Shown: positions 56,545 to 64,000 of the stretch, piece after piece
How the letters are laid out: each line of letters opens with the position of its first letter
Position numbering within the stretch: the first letter of the stretch is position 1
DNA from: Candidatus Fervidifonticultor sextus
GTDB lineage: Bacteria; Sysuimicrobiota; Sysuimicrobiia; Sysuimicrobiales; Humicultoraceae
DNA length: 64,000 nt
NCBI GenBank assembly: GCA_031459875.1
Contig: JAVKHQ010000015.1
Span: 1 to 64,000 of the forward strand
Reading direction: 5' to 3'
Made by a program: the position numbers and the translations under genes
Notes under the pieces: model-generated
What the model was told of the DNA's origin: nothing
Database searches by the model: none
The model's input: only the letters and a program-made list of their open reading frames with translations

Positions 56545-57885
56545 ATGGATCCCCGTGCGGCATCAGCCGTGGTCAAGGCCGACCAGGCCCATTTGATCCA
56601 CCCCCTGCATCATCCCGCCGACCATGCCGAACCCCTGGTCATCGTCGAGGGTCGGGGCGCGGTCCTGCGAGACGCGGAGGGGCGAGAGTACATCGACGGT
56701 CTGGCCTCCCTGTGGAATGTGAATGCGGGTCACGGTCGGATTGAACTGGCCGAGGCGGCCGCGGACCAGATGCGCCGGCTGGCATTCACCACCGCCTACG
56801 TGGGGTTCACCAACGAACCGGCCGTGCGCCTGGCCGAGCGGCTGCTGAGCCTGGCGTACCGTAACCTGTCGGGCGTTTACTTCACGACTGGCGGCGCCGA
56901 GTCCAACGAGTCGGCGTTCAAGATTGCTCGTTACTACTGGAAGCGGCGGGGGATGCCCTCGAAGACCAAGGTCGTCGCGCGCCACCACGCCTATCACGGC
57001 GTGACGATGGCGGCGATGAGTGCAACCGGGATGCCATCCTACCACAAGATGTTTCAGCCTGTCGTCCCGGGGTTCGTGCACATCATTCCGTCGTATCCCT
57101 ACCGGTATCCCGGATCCGGTGCGAGCGCGCTGGAGGAAGCGATCAGGCGGGAGGGGCCCGATACGGTGGCCGCGTTCATTGCGGAGCCGGTGATGGGGGC
57201 CGGCGGCGTCATCGTGCCGACGCCGGACTACTTCCCGCAGGTCAGGGAGATCTGCGACCGCTATCAGGTCCTCTTCATCGCCGACGAGGTCATCACGGGC
57301 TTCGGCCGCACCGGCCGCTGGTTCGCCCTGGACCACTGGGGTGTGCAGCCCGACATCGTGACGTTTGCCAAGGGTGTGACCAGCGCGTACCTGCCGCTGG
57401 GCGGCGCGATGGTGTCGCGCGATATCCACCAGGCGATCCTGGACGCACCTGCGGCCGAGCGTTTCATGCACGCGGCCACCTACTCTGGGCATCCCACCTG
57501 CTGCGCGGTGGCCCTCCGCAATTTGGAGATCCTCGAGGGAGAGGGTCTGATCGAGCGGGCGCAGGGGTTAGGGGCGCGGTTGCTGGCCGGCCTCCAGACA
57601 CTGCGGGATCTGCCCGCCGTCGGGGACGTGCGCGGACTCGGGCTGATCTGCGGTGTCGAACTGGTGGCTGACAAGGCCACGAAGGCCCCGGCGGTGGACT
57701 TGGGCGGGAAAGTGCTGGCTGAGGCCAGGAAGCGGGGGCTGATCTCACGGATCCGCGTGGGGCAGGTGGGCGACTACCCGATTGGGGACACGATCTGTCT
57801 GGCGCCACCCCTGGTCATCACCGAGGCGCAGGTGGATCGGATCGTCGAGATCATCCGCGAATCCATCCAGGCCGCCGCGGCGTGA
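56545..57885 (+). CDS. Class III aminotransferase (omega-amine/putrescine-pyruvate type)
   Basis: DGLASLWNVNAGHG, AYHG, AEPVMGAGG, DEVITGFGRTG, AKG.TSAYLP, H..TYSGHP. Confidence 0.9.
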   Translation: MDPRAASAVVKADQAHLIHPLHHPADHAEPLVIVEGRGAVLRDAEGREYIDGLASLWNVNAGHGRIELAEAAADQMRRLAFTTAYVGFTNEPAVRLAERLLSLAYRNLSGVYFTTGGAESNESAFKIARYYWKRRGMPSKTKVVARHHAYHGVTMAAMSATGMPSYHKMFQPVVPGFVHIIPSYPYRYPGSGASALEEAIRREGPDTVAAFIAEPVMGAGGVIVPTPDYFPQVREICDRYQVLFIADEVITGFGRTGRWFALDHWGVQPDIVTFAKGVTSAYLPLGGAMVSRDIHQAILDAPAAERFMHAATYSGHPTCCAVALRNLEILEGEGLIERAQGLGARLLAGLQTLRDLPAVGDVRGLGLICGVELVADKATKAPAVDLGGKVLAEARKRGLISRIRVGQVGDYPIGDTICLAPPLVITEAQVDRIVEIIRESIQAAAA

Positions 57886-57908
57886 CAGGTATCGCCTGAG
57901 GGGGAGCC

Positions 57909-58403
57909 ATGGGGAGCGAAGGCGAACGGCCGCCTGAACCCGAGAACTGGGGAACATGGATCATCCAGCAGGTCATCCATCCCCTCTCGGTCTTCTTGCC
58001 GCCGGGGATCCTGCTGGTATTGATCGCCTACTTCGTGCTCGCCGCCTTTGGCGAGGGGTTCTACCCTGGCATTCGGAGCTTCGCGGCGGTGCTGTTCCCG
58101 CTGTCGGTGGTGACCTTCACCTTCATCTTCGCACGGGGATGGCTGGCGCGGCTGGTCGCCTTCTCGCCCACCACCAGCTTCCTGCTGTCCTTGCTGGTGG
58201 GGTTGCTGGTCATGGCGGTGATCCGATTCTCAACGCGGGGCTCAACGGTGCCGATCTCCGAGCTGGTGCTGTCGGCCAGCTTCTCGTTGCTGGTCTTCGG
58301 CCACGCCAGCCTGCAAGGCGGTCGGGTTTCGGCCTACTCTTACGGGATGCTCTCGGGCATGATGCTCTACATCATCTTTCTGGGGTTTCCGAGGTTGCGC
58401 TAA
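57909..58403 (+). CDS. Hypothetical membrane protein
   Basis: About 5 hydrophobic segments; SD GGGGAG. Confidence 0.7.
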   Translation: MGSEGERPPEPENWGTWIIQQVIHPLSVFLPPGILLVLIAYFVLAAFGEGFYPGIRSFAAVLFPLSVVTFTFIFARGWLARLVAFSPTTSFLLSLLVGLLVMAVIRFSTRGSTVPISELVLSASFSLLVFGHASLQGGRVSAYSYGMLSGMMLYIIFLGFPRLR

Positions 58404-58495
58404 TCGAGCTGACGGAGAAAGCGAGCGGGCGGGAGGACCGGAAGTTCGCCTACGAGGCCGAGCAGGTGTTCGTCGCCCGATGGAGCACGGTTTGC

Positions 58496-59758
58496 TCATG
58501 GGCATCCTGTATCATGGGCCCGCGCCTGGCGGGCGGCCCGGCGCGCCTGGCGCAGCGGCTCGGGCGTGCGGGAGCCCGCGGTGACGGCCAGGACGACGGC
58601 GACCGCGCTCTGGGGATCGGTCCGCCAGGCCGCGTGGACGGCCAGGGGGCGCGCCCCGCGTTGAGTCCGGAGCCAGTAGCCCACGAGTTCGTCCCCGACC
58701 TTCAGCGGACTGGTGGCACCGGGCGCATCGGCCGGCCAGGGTCCGTCGGCCAGGAGCGGCCTGTGGGTCACGCCGACAGTCGGCAGTGACAGCCGGGCTC
58801 CGAGGTGCAGCGCCAGCCCGGCGCGCCGGGGGTGATCCCGGCCGGTGGCGTTGACGATCAGGACTTCTGGCACCGCGCGCAGGCGGCGCACCGCAGCCTC
58901 CAGGAGCGGTCCCTCGCGGAGGGCCAGCAGCCCGGGCTCGTAGGCCGCGGCCGTCTGCCCTCGGACCACCGCCACATCCACGAGTCGGCCGCCGACCAGC
59001 AGCGCCGCGGCCGCCCACGCGGAATCGCCGGGTGCGCCTGCGCCTTCCTTCCCCCGCGGGAAGCACACGAAGCACCCTGCCACCGCTGGCAGGAGGCCGT
59101 CTGTAGGACGCCAGGGTTCGGGTGAGATGGCCGACAGTCTGGCTTGCTCCGCCATGAGGTCCTCTGGCGTCGTGGGCCAGGGCGCTGTGGAGGCCGTCCC
59201 GCTTGTCACCGCCGGGGTTTTCCTCCCTCCGGACCCCCTTCGGTCCAGCCAGGTCCGCGCGGCCTCAAAGACCCGGTCGCGGTTCGCCCTGGTGAGCTCG
59301 TAGAGCGTGGTGCCGGGACGTTGCTTGAAGGCGTCGGACCACGGATGAGGGGCCACGGTGATCGTGGCGATCAGCAGGGCCGGGCTGGCAGCGACCTCGT
59401 CCATCACCGCGCGGAAGGCCTCGCTGGCGAGTTCCATCTTGCCGATCTCGTCCACCAGGAGCACCCGGCGGCCCCTCAGGCCCTGGCGGATGGTCGGCAG
59501 GCCGAGCCGTTCGAGCGCCGCGAGATCGACGCCGTAGCGTCCTACGCGGTGGGATGCGGTCTTCGCCCAGTCCACGTGGGCAAAGACCGCCGCCCGCCCG
59601 TCCAGGGTGACCAGTCGGAACCCCACGCGCTCACCGGATTCCCGGATCTCCTCGGTGTAGAATCCGGCGGCCCTGCGCCCCAGGGCGTTCGCCAGTCTCC
59701 GGGCGAGCGTCGTCTTCCCGACCCCGGGCCGGCCGGCGATCAGCAGGATGTCTGCCAT
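58496..59758 (-). CDS. Fusion: THEP1/NTPase_1 family NTPase plus endonuclease V-like domain
   Basis: GRPGVGKTT, GFYTEEIRE.G.RVGF, VDEIGKMEL; then YEPGLLALRE, HPRRAGLA.HLG, PEPLR. Confidence 0.85.
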   Translation of the reverse strand: MADILLIAGRPGVGKTTLARRLANALGRRAAGFYTEEIRESGERVGFRLVTLDGRAAVFAHVDWAKTASHRVGRYGVDLAALERLGLPTIRQGLRGRRVLLVDEIGKMELASEAFRAVMDEVAASPALLIATITVAPHPWSDAFKQRPGTTLYELTRANRDRVFEAARTWLDRRGSGGRKTPAVTSGTASTAPWPTTPEDLMAEQARLSAISPEPWRPTDGLLPAVAGCFVCFPRGKEGAGAPGDSAWAAAALLVGGRLVDVAVVRGQTAAAYEPGLLALREGPLLEAAVRRLRAVPEVLIVNATGRDHPRRAGLALHLGARLSLPTVGVTHRPLLADGPWPADAPGATSPLKVGDELVGYWLRTQRGARPLAVHAAWRTDPQSAVAVVLAVTAGSRTPEPLRQARRAARQARAHDTGCP

Positions 59759-59806
59759 CGGGTCCTCAACACCACTCTACAGCGCCGCATGGGGAGGTCG
59801 GTATCT

Positions 59807-60274
59807 GTGAGGCTGTATCTCGTGCAGCACGCCGAGGCCAAACGTGAGGATGAGGATCCGGCCAGGCCCCTGACGGAGAAAGGCTGGCAGGATGCCCGGA
59901 AGGTCGCCCAGCATGCGGTGGGGCGGGCCGGTGTGCGTCCCGGTCGGATCCTGCACAGCGGGAAGCTGCGTGCACAGCAGACGGCCGAGGTGTGGGCCGC
60001 CGCCACAGGCGGCATGGAGATCGCGGCGGCCGAGGGCCTGGATCCAACAGCCGCCCCGGCCGTCTGGGCGGAGCGTCTGGCCCGCGAATCCGGCGATCTG
60101 ATGCTGGTCGGTCATCTCCCTCACCTGGGCCGGCTGGCGTCGCTGTTGCTCTGCGGGGATGCAGACAGCCAGGTGGTGAGATTCGAGACCGGCGGCATCG
60201 TCTGTCTTGAGCGCGGCCCCGACGGCCGATGGTCGCTGCGGTGGGCGATCACACCGGGCACGGTGGGATCGTGA
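59807..60274 (+). CDS. sixA: Phosphohistidine phosphatase SixA-like
   Basis: LYLVQHAEA, RPLT, HSGKLRAQQTA, VGHLPHL; SD GGAGG. Confidence 0.85.
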   Translation: MRLYLVQHAEAKREDEDPARPLTEKGWQDARKVAQHAVGRAGVRPGRILHSGKLRAQQTAEVWAAATGGMEIAAAEGLDPTAAPAVWAERLARESGDLMLVGHLPHLGRLASLLLCGDADSQVVRFETGGIVCLERGPDGRWSLRWAITPGTVGS

Positions 60275-61014
60275 CGACCTCGGCGGGGGATTCGAAGAGG
60301 AGATCCGGTCGGGCGGCGACTGTCAAGGTGGGGTGCTGCGGGTTCCCGCGCCGGCTGGAAGAATACGCCCGGCATCTCTGCCTGGTGGAGGTGCAGCAGA
60401 CGTTCTACAGACCCCCACGGGTTCAGACCGCCGAGCGGTGGCGCGCGCGTGTCCCTGCGGAGTTCGAGTTCACCATGAAGGCCTGGCAGCTCATCACCCA
60501 CCCGCCGACGAGTCCGACCTACCGGCGCCTGGGGCGGACGATCCCCTCATCGCAGCACGGCCGGTATGGGTTCTTCGCCCCCACCGACGAGGTCCTGGAG
60601 GCTTGGGAGGCCACGCGTGCGGTCGCCCGAATCCTGCGCGCCACCATCGTCCTCTTCCAGTGCCCGGCCAGTTTCACCCCGACCGCCGCCCACATGGCGA
60701 ACCTGAGGCGGTTCTTCGCCCGGATCACACGGGAGGGGATGCGCTTCGCATGGGAGCCCCGCGGCGACTGGCCGGCCGACGTCATTGCCTCGGTGTGCCG
60801 TGACCTGGACCTGATCCACTGCGTGGATCCGTTCGCCGGCCCCAGCCACTACGGTCGCCCGCACTACTACCGCCTGCACGGCAAGGGCGGGTATCGGTAC
60901 CGGTACACCGCCGCAGACCTCCGGGCACTGCGGGCGATGTGCTCCGGGGCCACCTACGTGCTGTTCAACAACCTCTTTATGTGGGAGGATGCGCTGCGGT
61001 TCCGGAGAACCTAG
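60271..61014 (+). CDS. DUF72 domain protein
   Basis: VGCCGF, VEVQQTFY, FTMKAWQLITH, QCPASF, WEPRG, YRLHG, FNN. Confidence 0.9.
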   Translation: MTTSAGDSKRRSGRAATVKVGCCGFPRRLEEYARHLCLVEVQQTFYRPPRVQTAERWRARVPAEFEFTMKAWQLITHPPTSPTYRRLGRTIPSSQHGRYGFFAPTDEVLEAWEATRAVARILRATIVLFQCPASFTPTAAHMANLRRFFARITREGMRFAWEPRGDWPADVIASVCRDLDLIHCVDPFAGPSHYGRPHYYRLHGKGGYRYRYTAADLRALRAMCSGATYVLFNNLFMWEDALRFRRT

Positions 61015-61056
61015 CCGCTACCTGTTGGATCCATCTCGTAGAGGCGGAGGGTGCCT

Positions 61057-61959
61057 ATGAGTATCGTGGCGAACGGCCGGCTGGTGCTCGTCGTGCTGAT
61101 GCTCGCGGTGGCGATGGCTCAAGGAGCCACCATGGCGGCCATGGCGCCCGCGATCGTTGTGAAGGACGTCGGGTTGGAGACTCCCGAGTCAGTCCTCTAC
61201 GACCGCGCCAGCGACGTGTACCTGGTCTCGAACATCAACGGGAATCCAACCGGCACCGATGGAAACGGGTTCATCTCCAGGGTTTCCCCGGCCGGGAAGG
61301 TGCTTACCCTGAAGTGGATCGACGGCACGAAGCCCGGTGTCACTCTGAACGCTCCCAAGGGGCTGGCGATCGTCGGCGACACCCTGTATGTAGCCGACAT
61401 CACCACGGTGCGGATGTTCGACCGCACGACCGGCCAGCCCAAGGGCTCGGTGGACATTCCCGGTTCGACCTTCATCAACGACCTGGCGTCCGCCCCGGAC
61501 GGCTCGGTGTACGTCAGCGACAGCGGTCTGAATCCGGACTTCAGCCCGTCGGGGACCGACGCTATCTACCGCATCGACAAGATGGGAACGTTGACGACGG
61601 TTGCCAAGACCCGCGACCTCCACGGCCCCAACGGGGTCGCGGTCCTGCCGAATGGCAGGGTTGTCGTCGTGACGTTCAGCAAGCCGGGAGAAGTCTACAC
61701 GTTGGGTCCCAATGGCCAGAAGCAGCACGTCCTGGCTACGCCGGCCGGTCAACTGGACGGGGTCGTGGTGCTGCCGGGTGGGGCGCTGCTGGTCTCGAGC
61801 TGGGAGGCGTCGGTGGTGTACCGAATCGATGCCTCCGGGAAGGCGACGGTGGTCGTGAGGGACGTGCCCTCGCCGGCCGACATCGGGTACGATACGAAGC
61901 GCAACCGCGTGCTGATCCCGATCTTCACGAAGAACTACCTGGTGATCCAGAGGCTGTAG
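61057..61959 (+). CDS. Exported SMP-30/gluconolactonase-like beta-propeller
   Basis: Signal peptide, TPESV, VSNING, DGNGFIS, APKG, FIND, PNG, LDG, PADIGYD. Confidence 0.82.
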   Translation: MSIVANGRLVLVVLMLAVAMAQGATMAAMAPAIVVKDVGLETPESVLYDRASDVYLVSNINGNPTGTDGNGFISRVSPAGKVLTLKWIDGTKPGVTLNAPKGLAIVGDTLYVADITTVRMFDRTTGQPKGSVDIPGSTFINDLASAPDGSVYVSDSGLNPDFSPSGTDAIYRIDKMGTLTTVAKTRDLHGPNGVAVLPNGRVVVVTFSKPGEVYTLGPNGQKQHVLATPAGQLDGVVVLPGGALLVSSWEASVVYRIDASGKATVVVRDVPSPADIGYDTKRNRVLIPIFTKNYLVIQRL

Positions 61960-61973
61960 CGGCGTCTGCGCGC

Positions 61974-62222
61974 CTACTGCAGGCTGATCGCGGCGAAGGT
62001 CTCGGTGTCGCTGACGCCGGTCAGCTTGCAGAGCGTGCCGGTGAGGAAGTCCATGGCGCGCTCGCCGGTCGGCGCGTCGAAGATCACGATCGCGTCCCGA
62101 CCGCCGAACAACCCGTACCGCGCCGCGATGGTGATCCCGTTCGGTGGTTGCACCTGCCGGATCGCCTGGAAGCCTTCTTCGTTCCGGGCCGGGTCCATGG
62201 TCAGCATGGTCACGAACAGCAT
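61974..62222 (-). CDS. Small GYD/ferredoxin-like fold hypothetical protein
   Basis: YGLFGGRDAIVIFDAP, TETFAA; SD AAAGGGG. Confidence 0.6.
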   Translation of the reverse strand: MLFVTMLTMDPARNEEGFQAIRQVQPPNGITIAARYGLFGGRDAIVIFDAPTGERAMDFLTGTLCKLTGVSDTETFAAISLQ

Positions 62223-62281
62223 CGCCGTCACCCCTTTCGTCCGGGTCGGGCGCACGCGCGCATGCCTTTCAAGCCCATCCT

Positions 62282-64000
62282 CTATCGGGCTGGAGGCCGC
62301 CCCAGCGCGTACGCCACGATCTCATCCGTCGACATCGCACGGCCTTCTTCGATGGCCGCCGCGAGGGCCTGGCGGTCCAGTTTCCCGCCGACCTGCCAGG
62401 GCCCTTCTGTAGCGTCGAGGATCGCAGCCAGATCCACGCCGCCGGACTTCTGTAACGCGGCGGCCCCGCCGGCCAGCCGTGCGGCGCGCTCGGGCTCGCC
62501 CTCCAGGAGCACGAGGCCGGAGAAATCCAGGAGCAGCAGCGCAATCCCCGAGACGTCGCGCGCCTCGGCGAACAGCCCCATGGCTTCGTCGAAGGCGGCG
62601 CGCGCGGCCGGATAGTCGCCCGTCTTGCTGGCCACCAGGCCCAGCGAGTGGAGGGCCCATCCCAGACTGAACCGGTCGTCCTGGCTGCGGAAGATGGGAA
62701 TGCTGATCGCGAGGTGACGAGACGACGCCGGATAATCCGCGGCCGTGTAGGTCACGCTGGCCATGGCCCAGTGGACCTTGGCGATGCCCGCCCGCTCGTA
62801 GATCGCCAGGCTCTCCTCGAGGAGCGACCGGCCGCGCTCGACTTCGGTCTGCGGAACGATGAAGACGAAGGAGAGATCATACAGGGCCGCCGCGACGTTT
62901 GGGGGATTCCCGAGTTGACGCCGCAGCGCCAGGAGCTCCTCGTAGAACCGCCGGGCGGCTTCCATGTCCCCCTGCCAGTAGGCAATCCCGCCGGCGGCCT
63001 CCAGGGCCTTCGCATAGGCCTGCGGGACTGACGCGGCACCGGGCAGCGCCAGGAGCCTGCCCAGCCGCTCGCGGGCTTCGTGCAGGTGTCCCCGCATCTG
63101 CCAGAAGCGCCAGAGGCTGGCTCCCAGCCGGAGGCCGGCCTCCGAGTCGGCCTGGTCAATCGCCCAGGCGATGGCGGCGCGCAGGGTATGCTGCCGCGCC
63201 GGCAGGTCCCGCGGGCCGCCGCTCAGGAAACTGAGGCGGCGCTGGAGCCGCGCCAGCATCGCCTGAGGGGGGAAAAGTTTGACCCGCGCCGCGGCGAGTT
63301 CGATGGCTAGCGGCAGTCCCTCCAGCCGCCAGGCGATCTCCGCCACCGCCGGTGCATTCTCGTTGGTGATGGTGAAGTCGGGCTTCACGGCCAGGGCCCG
63401 CTGGATGAACAGCGTGACGGCTTCGTACTGCGAGAGGGACTCCAGGTCCGGGGGGGGCCTGGGATCGGGACGCCGCAGCGGCGGGACCGGGAGCTCCTGT
63501 TCCCCGTACAGGTGCAGGGGGATTCGCGTAGTGACGATGACCTTCAGCCGGGTGCTGGTCTTGAGCAGGCCGCCGACGACGGGCGTCGCGGCGATGACCT
63601 GCTCGAAGTTGTCGAGGACCAGGAGGAGCCTCTTGCCGTTCAGGTATTCCTGCAGGCGGTCGAGGATGGGCCGACTGCCCGACTCGCGCACCTCGAGGCT
63701 CTGGGCGATAATGGACGCGACGAGGCCGGGGTCTGAGATCGGCGCGAGCGGGACGAAGTAGACGCCGTCTGGGAACTGGTCAACCACCTCGGCGGCCAGT
63801 TGCATGGCCAGCCGGGTCTTTCCGGTGCCCCCGGGGCCTGTGAGCGTCAGCAGCCGCGTCCGGTCCAGCAGCCGTCGGGCCTGGGCGAGTTCGTGCTCTC
63901 GGCCGACGAAACTGGTGAGCTGGATCGGCAGGTTGTTGGGGATCGCTTCCAACGTCCGCAGCGGCGGAAAGGCATCGGGCAGCTCCGGTGCCAGGAGCTG
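62282..64000 (-). CDS. STAND/NB-ARC-like ATPase with TPRs (probably cyclase-fused), 5'-partial, apparent internal deletion
   Basis: Frame open to the window edge (QLLAPELPDAFPPLRTL), NNLP.QLTSFVGRE, GPGGTGKTRL, LDNFEQ, LEGLPLAIELAAAR, TPRs. Confidence 0.85.
   Translation of the reverse strand, partial: QLLAPELPDAFPPLRTLEAIPNNLPIQLTSFVGREHELAQARRLLDRTRLLTLTGPGGTGKTRLAMQLAAEVVDQFPDGVYFVPLAPISDPGLVASIIAQSLEVRESGSRPILDRLQEYLNGKRLLLVLDNFEQVIAATPVVGGLLKTSTRLKVIVTTRIPLHLYGEQELPVPPLRRPDPRPPPDLESLSQYEAVTLFIQRALAVKPDFTITNENAPAVAEIAWRLEGLPLAIELAAARVKLFPPQAMLARLQRRLSFLSGGPRDLPARQHTLRAAIAWAIDQADSEAGLRLGASLWRFWQMRGHLHEARERLGRLLALPGAASVPQAYAKALEAAGGIAYWQGDMEAARRFYEELLALRRQLGNPPNVAAALYDLSFVFIVPQTEVERGRSLLEESLAIYERAGIAKVHWAMASVTYTAADYPASSRHLAISIPIFRSQDDRFSLGWALHSLGLVASKTGDYPAARAAFDEAMGLFAEARDVSGIALLLLDFSGLVLLEGEPERAARLAGGAAALQKSGGVDLAAILDATEGPWQVGGKLDRQALAAAIEEGRAMSTDEIVAYALGRPPAR

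Overview
GC-rich (roughly 70%) bacterial chromosomal window, densely coding. I found no integrase, transposase, prophage, rRNA or CRISPR array. Main blocks in order: an aroF-tyrA-trpE-G-D-C-trpS-F-B-A operon followed by two NUDIX genes and an Ogg-type glycosylase; a selenocysteine-containing selD; archease; a Crp/Fnr regulator near a STAND-type adenylate cyclase; amtB-glnK; solA; a class V aminotransferase with serS; and a catabolic island (two TIM-barrel epimerases, PbfA-like lyase, SauS-like acylating aldehyde dehydrogenase, atypical citrate-synthase-fold protein, HD protein, LysR, sugar ABC). Then dnaX-ebfC-recR, fabI, an ATP-grasp/beta-propeller pair, tRNA-Lys(UUU), a c-di-GMP-I riboswitch neighbourhood with PilZ and a cold-shock protein, an archaeal-type ATP-dependent DNA ligase, an ADP-forming acyl-CoA ligase, NamZ, an NTPase-EndoV fusion, SixA, DUF72 and a partial STAND-TPR gene. 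The most interesting signals are mostly regulatory RNA: a near-leaderless Cys-Ile-Cys uORF whose codons pair with the downstream ATP-grasp RBS, a duplicated ANTAR-like antiterminator/terminator leader before amtB, and a T-box remnant lacking Stem I before serS. Also notable are a class II CRP promoter, a 16-bp motif shared by two promoters, a catalytically altered EndoV fused to an NTPase, and a candidate new phosphonate/sulfonate acyl-CoA pathway. All calls come from reading motifs by eye; no database searches were run.
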